Below are positions 47,249 through 60,301 of a stretch of 64,000 nt of DNA, piece by piece (within the stretch, counting starts at the first letter, position 1; the number at the start of each line of letters is the position of its first letter). A program made the position numbers and the translations under genes. This DNA comes from the human T2T-CHM13v2.0 reference genome, Homo sapiens: NCBI RefSeq assembly GCF_009914755.1, contig NC_060927.1; one strand, 5' to 3'. The notes under the pieces are model-generated. The model had not been told where the DNA came from. It did not search any database and saw only the letters and a program-made list of their open reading frames with translations.

Positions 47249-50231
47249 ATGACAGGATCAAATTCACACATAACAATATTTACCTTAAATATAAATGGGC
47301 TAAATGCCCCAATTAAATGACACAGACTGGAAAATTGGGTAAAGACTCAAGACACATCAGTGTGCTGTATTCAGGAGACCCACCTCATGTGCAAAGACAC
47401 ACATAGGCTCAAAATAAAGGGATGGAGGAAGATTTACCAAGCAAATGGAAAGCAAAGAAAAAGCAGGAGTTGCAATCCTAGTCTCTGAAAAAACAGACTT
47501 TTAACCAACAAAGATCAAAAGAGATAAAGAAGGCCATTACATAATCGTAAAAGGATCAATCCAACAAGAAGAGCTAACTATCCTAAATATATATGCAACC
47601 AATACAAGAGCACCCAGATTCATAGAGCAAGTTCTTAGAGACCTACAAAGAGATTTAGACTCCAACACAATAATAGTGGGAGATTTTAACACCCCACTGT
47701 CAATATTAGACAGATCAATGAGACAGAAAATTAACAAGGATATTCAGGACTTGAACTCAGCACTGGACCAAGCAGACCTAACAGACATCTACAGGACTCT
47801 CCACCCCAAATCAACAGAATATACATTCTTCTCAGCACTACATCACACTTATTCTAAAATTGACCACATAATTGGAAGTAAAACACTCTTCAGCAAATGC
47901 AAAAGAACAGAAATCATAACAAACAGTCTCTCAGACCACAGTGCAATCAAATTAGAGCTCAGGATTAAGAAACTAACTCAAAACTGCACAACTACATGGA
48001 AACTGAACAACCTGCTCCTGAGTGACTACTGGGTAAATAACAAAATGAAGGCAGAAGTAAAGATGTTCTTTGCAACCAATGAGAACGAAGACACAATGTA
48101 CCAGAATCTCTGGGACACAGCTAAAGCAGTCTTTAGAGAGAAATTTACACAGCTAAATGCCCACAGAAGAAAGCAGGAAAGATCTAAAATCAACACCTTA
48201 ACATCACAACTAAAAGAACTAGAGAAGCAAGAGCAAAGAAATTCAAAAGCTAGCAGAAGACAAGAAATAACTAAGATCAGAGCAGAACTGAAAGAGATAG
48301 AGACAAGAAAACCCCTTCAAAAAATCAATGAATCCAGGAGATGACTTTTTGAAAAGATTAACAAAATAGATCACTAGCCAGGCTAATAAAGAAGAAAAGA
48401 GAGAAGAATCAAATAGACACAATAAAAATGATAAAAGGGATATCAATACTGATCCCACGGAAATACAAACTACCATCAGAAAATACTACAAACACCTCTG
48501 TGCAAATAAACTAGAAAATCAAGAAGAAATGGATAAATTCCTGGACACACACACCCTCCTAAGACTAAACCAGGAAGAAGTCGAATCCCAGAATAGACCA
48601 ATAACAAGTTCTGAAATTGAGGCAGTAATTGATAGCTTACCAACCAAAAAAAGCCCAGGACCAGAAGGATTCACAGCCAAATTCTACCAGAGGTAAAAAG
48701 AGAAGCTGGTACCATTCCTTCTGAAACTATTCCAAATAACAGAAAAGGAGGGACTCCTCCCTAACTCATTTTATGAAGCCAGCATCATCCTGTAACCAAA
48801 ACCTGGCAGAGATACAACAAAAAAAGAAAAATCTATATCGTGAAAATGGCCATACTGCCCAAAGTAATGTATAGATTCAATGCTATCCCCACTAAACTAC
48901 CATTGACTTTCTTCACAGAATTAGGAAAAACTACTACGAATTTCATATGGAACCAAAAAAAAGCCCGCATAGCCAAGACTATCCTAAGCAAAAAGAATAA
49001 AGCTGGAAGCATCACACTACCAGACTTCAAAGCATACTACAAGGCTACAGTAACCAAAACAGCATGTTACTGGTAACAAAACAGATACATAGACCAATGG
49101 AACAGAAAAGAGGCCTCAGAAATAACGCCACACATCTACAACCATCTGATCTTTGACAAACCTAACAAAAGCAAGCAATGGGGAAATGATTCCCTGTTTA
49201 ATAAATGGTGTTGAGAAAACTGGCTATCCATATGCAAAAAACTGAAACTGGACCCCTTCCTTATACCTTATACAAAAATTAACTCAAGATGGATTAAAGA
49301 CTTAAATGTTAGACCTAAAACCATAAAAACCCTAGAAGAAAACTTAGGCAATACCATTCAGGACATAGGCATGGGCAAGGACTTCATGACTAAAAAACCA
49401 AAAGCAATTGCAACAAAAGCCAAAATTGACAAATGGGATCTAATTAAACTAAAGAGCTTCTGCACAGCAAAAGAAACTGCCTTCAGAGTGAACAGGCAAC
49501 CTACAGAATGAGAGAAAATTTTTGCAATCTATCCATCTGACAAAGGGCTAATATCCAGAATCTACAAGGAACTTAAACAAATTTACAGGAAAAAACAAAC
49601 AAACAATCCCTTCAAAAAGTGGGCAAAGGATATGAATAGACACTTTTCAAAAGAAGATATTTATATGGCCAACAAACATAAAAAAAAGCTCATCATCACT
49701 GGTCATTAGAGAAATGCAAATCAAAACCACAATGAGATACTGTTTCATGCCAGTTAGAATGGCAATCATTAAAAAGTCAGGAAGCAATAGGTGCTGGAGA
49801 GGATGTGGAGAAATAGGAACCCTTTTACACTGTTGGTGGGAGGGTAAATTAGTTCAACTATTGTAGAAGACAATGTGGTGATTCCTCAAGGATCTAGAAC
49901 CAGAAATACCATTTGACCCAACAATCCCATTACTGGGTATATATTCCAAAGGATTATAAATCATTCTACTATAAAGATACATGCACACATATATTTATTG
50001 CAGCACTATTCACAATAGCAAAGACTTGGAACCAACCCAAATGCCCATCAATGATAGAATGGATAGAAAGTGTGGCACATATACTCTGTGGAATACCATG
50101 CAGCCATAAAAAAGGATGAGTTCTTGTCCTTTGCAGGGCCATGAATGATGCTGTAAACCATCATTCTCAACAAACTAACACAGGAACAGAAAACCAAACA
50201 CCACATGTTCTCACTCATAGGTGGGAGTTGA
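47249..50231 (+). pseudogene. Decayed L1 ORF2 lacking the RT core
   Basis: ATGACAGGATCAAATTCACAC start; EN fragment 47676-48344; jump from KKEN to IVKMAILPK at ~48830; many stops. Confidence 0.9.
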
Positions 50232-50440
50232 ACAATGAGAACATATGGGCACAGGGAGGGGAACATCACACACTGGGGCCTGTCAGGGGGTTAGGGGCAA
50301 GGAGAGGGATAACATTAGGAGAAGTACCTAGTGTAGATGACGGGTTGATGGGTGGAGCAAACCACCATGTCACATGTATACCTATGTAACAAACCTGCAC
50401 GTTCTGCCCATGTTTCCCAGAACTTGAAGTATAATGGAAG

Positions 50441-51716
50441 AAAATGTTCAGTAACCTGTACTGTAAACACATGTGCTGTCATCCAGGCTTTGTTGTCCCA
50501 TTGATAGAGCACAGGCAGAATAGATTTAGCACAGTTCTCAAGGGCCTTAGGGTTTTCAGAATGGTAAATGAGCATTTGCTTCCACTCAAAGTCAGCAGCT
50601 GCATTAGCTCCTAAGAAGAGAGTCAGCTTGCCCTTTGAAGCTTCAAAGCCAGACATTGACTTCTTTCTAGCTATGAAAGTACAGGATGACATCTTCTTCC
50701 AATAGAAGGCACTTTGGCAACATGGAAAATCTGTTTAGTGTAGCCATATTCATCAATTATGTTAACTAGATCTTCTGGATAACTTACTGCAGCTTCACAT
50801 CTGCACTTGCTGCTTCACTGTGCACTTTTATGTTACAGAGACTTCTTTCTTTAAACTTATTAACCAACTCCTGCTAGCTTCAAACTGTCCTCTGCAGCTT
50901 CCTCACCTCTCTCAGCTTCCTAGAATTGAAGAGAGTTACGACCTTGCTCTGGATTATGATTTGGCTTAAAGAAATACAGTTACTGGTTTCATCTTTTATC
51001 CAGACCACTAAAACTTTCTCCCTCTTTTATCCAGACCACTAAAACTTTCTCCCTATCAGCAATAAGGCTGTTTTCCTTTAACATGTGTGTGCTCACTTGA
51101 GTGACACTTTTAATTTTCTTTAATAATTTTTTCTTTGCATTCACAACTTTACTAGCTGTTTAGTGCAAGAAGATTAGCTTTTGGCCCATCTTGGTTTTTG
51201 ACATGCCTTCCTCACTAAGCTTCATTATTTCTAGTTTTTGATTTAAAGTGAGATTTGTGCAGCTCTTCCTTTCACTTGAATACTTAGAGGCCAATGTAGG
51301 GTTATTAATTGGCCTCGTTTCCATATTGTAGTGCCTCAGGTGATAGGGAGACCCAAGGAGAGGGAGATAGATGGGGGAATGTCTGGCTGGTGGAGCAGTC
51401 CGAATAGGCAGAACATTTATTCATTAAATGTGCTGTCTTATCTCGTTGTGGTTGGTGGTGCCCAAAACAATGATAATAGTAACATCAAAGATCACTGATC
51501 ACAAATGACCAAAACAGGTATAATAATAATGAGAAAGTTAGAAATATTTTGAGAATTCCCAACATGTAACACAGAGACCCAAAGTGAGCACATGCTGTTG
51601 GAATAATGGCAGCAATAGACTTGCTTCATGCAGCATTGCCAAGAACCTCCAATTTGCAAACAATGCAGTATCTGCAAAGCACAATAAAGTGAAGTGCAGT
51701 AAAAAGAGGTATGCCT
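50441..51716 (-). mobile_element. Tigger1 DNA transposon, 5' half
   Basis: ORF 50315-50692(-) TFIARKKSMSGFEASKGKLTLFLGANAAAD..LIYHSENPKAL..LPVLY.W.NKAWMT is pogo/Tigger transposase; terminus GAGGTATGCCT at ~51706-51716. Confidence 0.92.
50992..51053. repeat. Perfect 31-bp tandem duplication
   Basis: TCTTTTATCCAGACCACTAAAACTTTCTCCC x2. Confidence 0.95.
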
Positions 51717-54477
51717 ATTTTTTTTCATTCTTTGATTCAAGGAATCTTGAAAACATACAATGTGTCCTACATGTACAACATATTCCTTTAGGTAGATAAC
51801 AAATAAAAAGACAATTTATAAATTAAGCCGCATGCCTTAGATTCAATCCTGGAAACAATACTGTTTCTCTCCAAAGGTCCCTCTACTCACTCCCTCACAA
51901 TCTGTTCCCTCCACCTACTAGACATACCGGCTGCCTTGGTGACCAGCCCATGGCAAGGGAAAGACCCAAAAATAAAACTAAAGGATAAAACACTCAGAAA
52001 AGACACAAATTAATAAGATATTTGGCTAAGTATTAAACAGGGGAAAATGCACAAAACTCTTGGAGTAAGTGTGCTGCAATGAACATTCTCTCCAGTTCCA
52101 TGGGTCAGAGGATAACTGTCAAGAGGATTCATTGCAACAAGTGTGCATAAGTGCCTAGGTATTCACTTCTGGTGATTTCACTTTAATGAAGTGGAACAAT
52201 GACATAAATTAGTCAAATCAGCTTTAAAATTGCTACATGTGCTGATGTTTGTATTAAAACGATCATGCTTATCTGAACACATGTAAGAATAACATTGTGG
52301 GCCTGTGGCCAGAAGGGTGCCAGGGAGGACATCAAAATCCAGCAGAGAAAACCCACAAGGCAAAAGATAAAGGCTTGGATGTTCATCACTTGCTGGTATT
52401 AGACAGGCTGCTTTGAGGTAAATAGGTCACCAATTAAGGGGACAAAAGCCTCTGGTTCTGGAAAAAGCTCAGTCACTAGCTATGTGAACTAGGGTATGTT
52501 GTTTTTCCTTTCTGGAGTTCAATGACGGAGTTGGACAAGACAACCTTTGAGACCTCTTCTGCCACTTACATCTCACAACTAGTCTCCCAAACTTAAAAAA
52601 AAAAAAATCATTTAGTTGATAATTAGGGAGTGAGTGCCTTTCCAGTCCCATTGTCAGTTTTGACCCAGATGCATGCATTACTAAAGGTGTCGATGATTTT
52701 ATCTTTGTAAAACACTTTCTTAAAGAAAGCCATACACTTATTAACCTTACAGATTTGGAAGCCTATTAACAGAGGGGCATTTGCTCTCTCTAACCTACAC
52801 ACTCAGAATGATTTGTCTCCCATATGCCTGGCCAGGGCAAGATTGTTGCTAGGAAGTTAAACATCCTGTTACTCAGCACCAAAAAAAGGAAGATAGCAGA
52901 TGTGCGAGATCAGCTGGGTGGCAGAGATCTAACATTGACAACACTCCTAATGTGTGCAAGCGTGCAGTTTCCTTTTGCCCTTTATGATTTCTTACCCATC
53001 CTCCAAATTGATTTTTGGCATGCTTTGTGGATAAATGTTGTTGAATTTCTGTGCTGGCCTCTATACCCATTGTCAGGACTGCATACAACACAATGGAATC
53101 ATGCTTTTAAAAAAAAACTTTATTGTTAGAATTCACACAAAACCACTTCAGCACATCATTCTATGGTAGAAAATAAGAGTCTAAGTGAATGTTTGTGTAC
53201 ATATACACAAACACACATATTACGTTAGGATATATATTTATAGACTCATTTATTTTTCTCTTTAGAGATAATTTGGAAACTGATTATTAGAAAAACAAAA
53301 TGTCACCTTCTAGGTACAATAACTTTTAATCAAGCACAATAGCAATTTTTCACATTGTATAGCCTTTAACAGTCTACAAAGAGCTTGCCATATATTACAT
53401 GTGTCACCTCTGCAATAAACTGGTGTTATTTGTAGACCAGAAACCAAATATTAGAGTAGTTAATTTGGGCCTGCTGGTCTTGACACAACTCTTCCCTCCA
53501 GATTCTTTATGCTAACAACATAAATTTCAGGACCCAAAAGATAAGGATAGAGATTGATCAATAGGTTTTCCTGTCAAATGGCCAGAAATCACCCACATAG
53601 CTTCCAAGTTTGTCTGTGTGTGGCTTTTTCCAATTATCTAAACAGTTTTTAACTGCAGACCTGTGTTTCTCCTCAAAGACAAGGAGGGGCATGGGGGACA
53701 GTGTGACAGGACTATTGTCAGTATGTATCTGGCCAGACCCCTCCTAAGAAGTGAAAGCCCCCATCCCTTTCCTTGCTTCACTAGGAACAGACACGTTGAA
53801 TCCCTGGGGACATCCAGTCACTACTCTCTTAAGTCCCTCAGGACATGGAAGGGTGGGTTTCTTCCTGTTCTTGCATAGAAACATAAAGAGCAGGAAAGCA
53901 TGATATCTAAACAAAAAAAGGCCATTTCATTGGAGATTTATAGATGATACTTAGTGTTCTTTCTTTCAGCAGATATGTAGCCTATCTTGTGGGAACAAGC
54001 ACATACATGGATCTACATGTCCTTCCTAGATGACAGTCACAGTCTGCTAATTTATCTCCTGTCCGAGGAGGGAAAAAATGACCATATGATGGTGTGGATC
54101 TCAGGACCCAGGTAGGGAACTTTCCTCCAAGTTCTCAAAGACAGAGATTCATTCCTCCAGATTCACACATTGACGAGTAGTAAAGTTGGAATTTGAATCC
54201 TGACTTATTGACTCTGAGTTTAACTCCCTCATACATTCATAAACCATAATTATAAAATTTACTAGGCCAATTTTTAGACAACTGGCACCCTGTGGCACCA
54301 TTTGAATTCTGGATGTAACCAGAATGAAGGTGAGCTCAACCTCTAGACTCCCCAGTTAAATAAGCCGACACCTTGCCTTCTTTGCTTGAGCTCCTTTAAC
54401 TTTGGCTTTTCATTACTCCATAAATTTTCCTAATGCTACATGAGCCTTCCAATTCTGCAAACAAGCAGGTGCCTATA

Positions 54478-54725
54478 AAGTAATAGTAATTAACATGTAC
54501 TGATAGTGAACTATGTGCCAAGTGCTGTGCTGAATGCTTTGCATATGTATTCATTTGCCCTCAGAATAATGAGGCAGATGTTGTTATTGTCCTCGTTTTC
54601 AAGATGAAGAAACTGAGGCACAGAGGAGTTAGTATATTCCCCAAGATCATGTGTCTAGTAAGGTCAGATCCAAGATTCAAACCCTGGCAGTGAGATGCCA
54701 CAGTCCCCACTCAAAACTGCATTGC
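54478..54725 (-). mobile_element. MIR SINE
   Basis: CTATGTGCCAAGTGCTGTGC...GATGAAGAAACTGAGGCACAGAG...CCCAAGATCA...GATTCAAACCC. Confidence 0.85.
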
Positions 54726-55386
54726 CATACGGACGCCTTTATTTGTGTGTACATGTGTGTCTTAACTGTGGTGTTAAGAGGTAGATGATGAAGAAGCTGA
54801 AGCTTCTAGCTTGTCAGTCATTTTCTGCAGAGCAGACTCTGATCTCAGGATGCCCAGCCACGGAGCATGCTGAGAACCCCTTCCAGGGAGAAGTTGTGAG
54901 TTGAGACTAAGCCACTGGACCAAGGATCATAGCAAGGGAGCTTGGGGACTTTGGGAAAGTGGTGAATCATAGCATCTGTCATCGAACAGGAAGTCTAAGT
55001 GAAATAAGAGAAGGATTTCTGAGGAAGCAGAATCTAGCCCAGGGAAGGCAAAGAGGATTAAATTGACAGGTGTGTCATCCAGGCCTCCTTGCCCCCACTG
55101 CATTCTCCATGTATACCTTTAATCTAAGCAGTATTTATGGCTAAGTGTAATTTGTTTTATAGAGTTAGTCTTCTATTTTTGGGCACTTAGGATGTTTCCT
55201 TTTTTTTTTTTTTTTTTTTTACTATTATTAGCAATGCCACAAAGAACATATTTCAGAAATGTCCCAATTATTTTCTAAGTCTCACTTCCTTGGAGAGGAC
55301 TTATTGAGTGAGAGGTATACACATCTTAGTTCTTGGCACATACTGCCAGATTGTCTTTCTGAAACCTTTTCAGGTAACTAACTCCA

Positions 55387-55597
55387 CCACTATGCAAATA
55401 CATGTTTTGTGTATTTTTGCAGTGTTTATCAGCTTTTTTTAATCTTTGAAAACAATACATGAAAGCATACCTCATTTTATTTTTTCTTTTCCACTATGCA
55501 AATACATGTTTTGTGTACTTTTGCAGTGCTTATCAGCCTTTTTAATCTTTGAAAATAATATATGAAAACATACCTCATTTTATTATTTTTTTCTTTT
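55387..55597. repeat. Diverged ~104-bp tandem duplication in an L1M-like relic
   Basis: CCACTATGCAAATACATGTTTTGTG starts at both 55387 and 55491. Confidence 0.93.
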
Positions 55598-55850
55598 TCT
55601 TTGGGTTATTAAACCTGGTAGATACTTCATTTTAATTTGTGCTTTTTTTGTGCTAGTGAGATTGTTCCTATATTGGCATTTGGGCCATTGGATATTTAAA
55701 ATTTTTTCTCTTATTTTCCAGCAATAAATATGTTAGACTATATTTCGATTGCAAGTAACAGAAACCCAACAAACTCAAGATTTATTGGACCTGGAGGTGT
55801 ACCTGCTTTTGGGCAAGTCTAGAAGCAGGATTTCAAATTGTATAATCACA

Positions 55851-55862
55851 TGATAGATAGAT

Positions 55863-55920
<58 letters not shown>
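55851..55920. repeat. Compound tetranucleotide STR (TAGA)11(CAGA)3
   Basis: TAGA x11 at 55863-55906 and CAGA x3 at 55907-55918, preceded by TGATAGATAGAT. Confidence 0.97.
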
Positions 55921-55960
55921 ATCTTTCTTTCTCTCATCTCTTTTCTTAAGCTTTCCTCAC

Positions 55961-56329
55961 TGTATTAATCCATTTTCCATTATCCACTGCTGATAAAGAC
56001 ATACCCAAGACTCCGCAATTTACAAAAGAAAGAGATTTAATGGACTCACAGTTCCACATTGCTGGGGAGGCCTCACAATCATGGCAGAAGGCGAAAGGCG
56101 TGTCTCACATGGTGGCAGACAAGAGAAGACAATGACAGCCAAGTGAAAGGAGTTTCTCCTTATAAAACCATCAGATCCCATGAAACTTATTCCCTACCAC
56201 AAGAACATTATGGGGAAACTGTCCCCACGATTCAATTATTTCCCACTGGGTCCCTCCCACAACGTGAGGGAATTATGGGAGCTACAATTCAAGATGAGAT
56301 TTCAGTGCGGACACAGCCAAACCATATCA
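55961..56329 (-). mobile_element. THE1 (MaLR) solo LTR nested in an MLT1-like relic
   Basis: TGTATTAATCC...GCTGATAAAGACATACCC...GGACACAGCCAAACCATATCA; MLT1-like flanks ~55730-55850 and ~56330-56635. Confidence 0.92.
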
Positions 56330-57231
56330 CTCTTGTAGCTGCAAAAGTGACTCTAGGCTTACATTATCCTTGCAGCTAGTAATTCCAGAAAGAAAAGGTG
56401 GGAGGCTGATGGTGTTCCTTTTATTTTATAGCATATGCAATAGCTTACAGCAACTGAAAAATATGGACTCATTGGGAACATGCCAATGCCTGGATTAATC
56501 AGTGTGTCCAAGGGGTGAGGTGTTCTAATTTTTCATATGCCCCTTCTTGAGGTAGTAAAAGGAATTGTCCCAAAGGAAAATTATGCAAATGAGAAGGAAG
56601 GTTACTAGGCTGGCAAAACAAAAGATGACCACTAAATTATTCTTCTCTATTTAAAGATGAAGTGCTCATTTTTGTTATTGATTTGGAAAGCTTGTTACAT
56701 ATTAAGAATATTAAAATTTGAACCATATTTTATAAATTGTGTATGTTTATTCACAATTTGACACTTGTCCTTTTACTTTGTTTCTGGTATATTTTTTTCC
56801 TTACAGAAATTTAAAATTTTTATGTAAGCCCCACAGTTCAGTGAGCTTTCTCAGAGCTGCCATTCCTCACCCATCTCTCACGTCTCAGGGTCACTCATCA
56901 CTTCACCCTACAGGGCAGAACAGTTAAGTACGTTAAAGCTTTGGTTCCTTACCTACCTCAAAGAGATTTTCTGGCATTGATCAATTTCTTCATCTAAAAA
57001 GTGAGTAACAACAGTATCATAAGGGTATACAGTTATATAGCAGAATATTATTTTGTTTTTGGAAATGCATGCTATAAGTGTCAGGATGTCTATGGTTTAT
57101 TTTGAACTTGTTTGAAATGGTTCATCTAAAAAATTAAATAATGAGAGCAAGGTGGATAGGGTAAATGGATTAAAACAGAAACAAGGTTGAATGTAGGTGG
57201 TGAGTAAATGAACTAATATTTCTACTTTTCC

Positions 57232-57351
57232 ATTTTTTTTTAAGAGACAAGGGTTCTATCACCCAGGCTGGAGTGCAATGGTATGATCATAGTTCACTGC
57301 AGTCTTGACCTCCTAGGCTCAAGCAATCCTCCTGCCTCAGCCTCCTGAGTA
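57232..57351 (-). mobile_element. Short 5'-truncated AluJ fragment
   Basis: CACCCAGGCTGGAGTGCAATGG...GGCTCAAGCAATCCTCCTGCCTCAGCCTCCTGAGTA; ACTTTTCC flanks both sides. Confidence 0.85.
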
Positions 57352-58189
57352 CACTTTTCCTTATTTTAACATTTTCTTTTCTATTTGAAAAGATTTTTTT
57401 TAAGAGAGCAAGATGAAGGAGCACCGGACAGTTGTGGAGCAAGTGCATCATTTACTGTACCTGTCTTCCTCTCTTTCAGCTCCACTGATGGTCTACCCCA
57501 GGAGCCATGTGGGGGGTTGTGTTCTAGATACATATGGAGTACGCGCTTCAGAAACTCTGCAGAAATTGCTGCTGAATGTGGATTTTTTTTTTTTTGGAGT
57601 AGGGAGAAGGTGTTGGTGCCATGGAGAGTCTGTGAACCTCCTCAAAGCCTTACTTCCAGGTTATCCTTAGAAAGCTGTGCAAGGTGGTGGTCATGCCTCA
57701 TGATGACCTGAGCTTGGACTTTGACTTCTACAGTTTCAGAATCATGTTTTTCACAAGTCTCAATTTTGTTCAGAACATTTAGGTAAAACAAGAGCCAGCT
57801 TTTTATTAAAAAGAAAAACAGTTTGTCCTAAAGCTTACTAACATTAATTCAGAAAAAAGCATGAATTCCTTGGCAGGGTTATCCCTTTTCAAAAGGAGTA
57901 TGAAAAACTGTAGTCATCTTTGAAGAATACTAGCCCAGAGGAAGAACCATCATAAATCTGGACCCTGGAGGAAAACTGTGAAAAGTTTAAGGATGAAATA
58001 ACTCCTAAGAATAAGACTTGAATGAAGAAAGCTCTAAACACAAAGAGCAAGCATAGTTAGTGCTGAAATTATAGGAATGATTCATTCACCAGAAGATGAA
58101 TCAAGAGTTGCTATATCATGAGCAGCTTTTCCAACAGAACATCAAGCCCAGAGCCAATTCCAATGTGGTCCCTCACCAAGTGGATTTTC

Positions 58190-59047
58190 TTTATTATTAT
58201 TATTATTATACTTTAAGTTTTAGGGTACATGTGCACAATGTGCAGGTTTGTTACATATGTATACATGTGCCACGTTGGTGTGCTGCACCCATTAACTCAT
58301 CATTTAGCATTAGGTATATCTCCTAATGCTATCCTTCCCCCCTCCCCCCACCCCACAACAGTCCCCAATGTGTGATGTTCCCCTTCCTGTGTCCATGTGT
58401 TCTCATTGTTCAATTCCCACCTGTGAGTGAGAACATGCGGTGTTTGGTTTTTTGTCCTTGCGATAGTTTGCTGAGAATGATGGTTTCCAGCTTCATCCAT
58501 GTCCCTACAAAGGACATGAACTCATCCTTTTTTATGGCTGCATAGTATTCCATGGTGTATATGTGCCACATTTTCTTAATCCAGTCTATCATTGTTGGAC
58601 ATTTGGGTTGGTTCCAAGTCTTTGCTGTTGTGAATAGTGCCGCAATAAACATACATGTGCATGTGTCTTTATGGCAGCATGATTTATAATCCTTTGGGTA
58701 TATACCCAGTAATGGGATGGCTGGGTCAAATGGTATTTCTAGTTCTAGATCCCTGAGGAATTGCCACACCGACTTCCACAATGGTTGAACCAGTTTACAG
58801 TCCCACCAACAGTGTAAAAGTGTTCCTGTTTCTCCACATCCTCTCCAGCACCTGTTGTTTCCTGACTTTTTAATGATCAGCATTCTAACTGGTGTGAGAT
58901 GGTATCTCATTGTGGTTTAGATTTGCATTTCTCTGATGGCCAGTGATGATGAGCATTTTTTCATGTGTCTTTTAGCTGCATAAATGTCTTCTTTTGAGAA
59001 GTGTCTGTTCATATCCTTCGCTCACTTTTTGATGGGGTTGTTTGTTT
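58190..59047 (-). mobile_element. 5'-truncated LINE-1 (L1PA3-5-like)
   Basis: ORF2 C-terminus 58410-58910(-) open to ...SLTGGN; 3'UTR with GAG diagnostic; (TAA)n tail; no TSD visible. Confidence 0.95.
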
Positions 59048-59729
59048 GAAAACAGAACTGTCCTCTCCCCTCCCCTCAGGTATCATCTGTGTTACCACGC
59101 TACCAGATTATGCTCAGCCATCTCTTTCTCCATTCTGAATTCATTGTTGCTGGTGAGTCCAAGGGGCAATTTCTGCAAAGAGGACCTTATTCTCCTTCTC
59201 TTTATACCTCTTCTCCTCTAAATTCAACCCCACCTCTACCCCCACCAGCTTCACACCCTTAGAATAGAAAAGAAATTGATTGCGATTAATCTTCAAACAA
59301 GCCAAATAGTGCACTTCTAGAACCATACTGAGCAACTTGAGGCCTCCTTTTGTCTCTTAAAAAAAAGTTTTGGAATTACTTATATTTTATTATTATTTTA
59401 AGAAACTGCTGCTACCGAGGAGACAATCCTTTTGCCCCAACTGAAGTTTGATGGGACTATAATTCTCAATGTTTTAAAAATAGTATTACATACAACTTAT
59501 GAGTAATATTTTCAATTATTTTCTCCTTTAGTTAATATAAAGACTATTTTTAATGTTTAATTATCATCATTATAACCTGGACAATAATAGCAGTAATATA
59601 TATGTAGTTCAGATATGGGTGTTGTTTTAAACTTCAAAGGGAGTTTTTGTTTACCTAGCGCTGTACTTCCTATAGTTGTAAAGCAAATGTAAAAGCTTAT
59701 TATCTAAATGAATAGTGATTAGTGATTGG

Positions 59730-60165
59730 CCTCCAAGAGATATCTGCACTCCCAAGTTCACAATAGCCATATGGAAACAATCTAAATGTCCATTGATGGA
59801 TGAGTAGGTAAACAAAATGTAAAATAGGTATAGATATACATAAGATATACAATGCAATATTATCCAGCCTTAAAAAAGGAAGTCAGCCATATGTGACAAC
59901 ATAGATGAACCTGGAGGACATTAAGCTAAATGAAACGAGCCAGTCACGAACGACAAAGACCACACGATTTTACTTATATGAGGTATCTAAAATAGCCAAA
60001 CTCATAGAAATGGGCTGGAGAATGGTGGTTGCTAGGGGATGGGGGAGGGGGGAGTGGGGTGTGGCTGTTCATTAGGTATAAAGCTTCAGTTATACAAGAT
60101 GAATAAGTGCTAGAGATCTTCTGTGTAACATTGTACCTATAATTAATGATAATATATTGTGATCA
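59730..60165 (+). mobile_element. L1MA/L1MB-type 3' end
   Basis: GATGAACCTGGAGGACATTAAGCTAAATGAAA...ATATGAGGTATCTAAAATAG...AAGATGAATAAGTGCTAGAGATCT. Confidence 0.82.
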
Positions 60166-60301
60166 AATTTATCAAATTTAATGCATGTTTTTAAACTGTT
60201 ATACTTAGAAACTTCTACCTCTACATTTTAAAATCTTTTCTGTAAATTGTGTCCTAGAGCATTTATAATTTTGTGTTTTAATCCATACTGAAGTTTTTTT
60301 G

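Larger units (their letters stand above)
44801..50440 (+). mobile_element. Full-length older LINE-1 (L1PA7-like) with internal deletion
   Basis: 5'UTR start ...AAATGGCCAAACAAGAACAGCTCC; ~1.35-kb 5'UTR; decayed ORF1 and ORF2; 3'UTR TGTAGATGACGGGTTGATGGG typical of L1PA6-8; degenerate TSD core TGTTCAGTAA on both sides. Confidence 0.93.

Noticed and set aside
50315-50692. Possible domesticated TIGD-like transposase gene
   Set aside because: Short fragment of a truncated, decayed Tigger1 cut by the L1.
57385-57711. Overlapping 108-aa and 85-aa ORFs in unique DNA
   Set aside because: No recognisable homology; lengths are compatible with chance.
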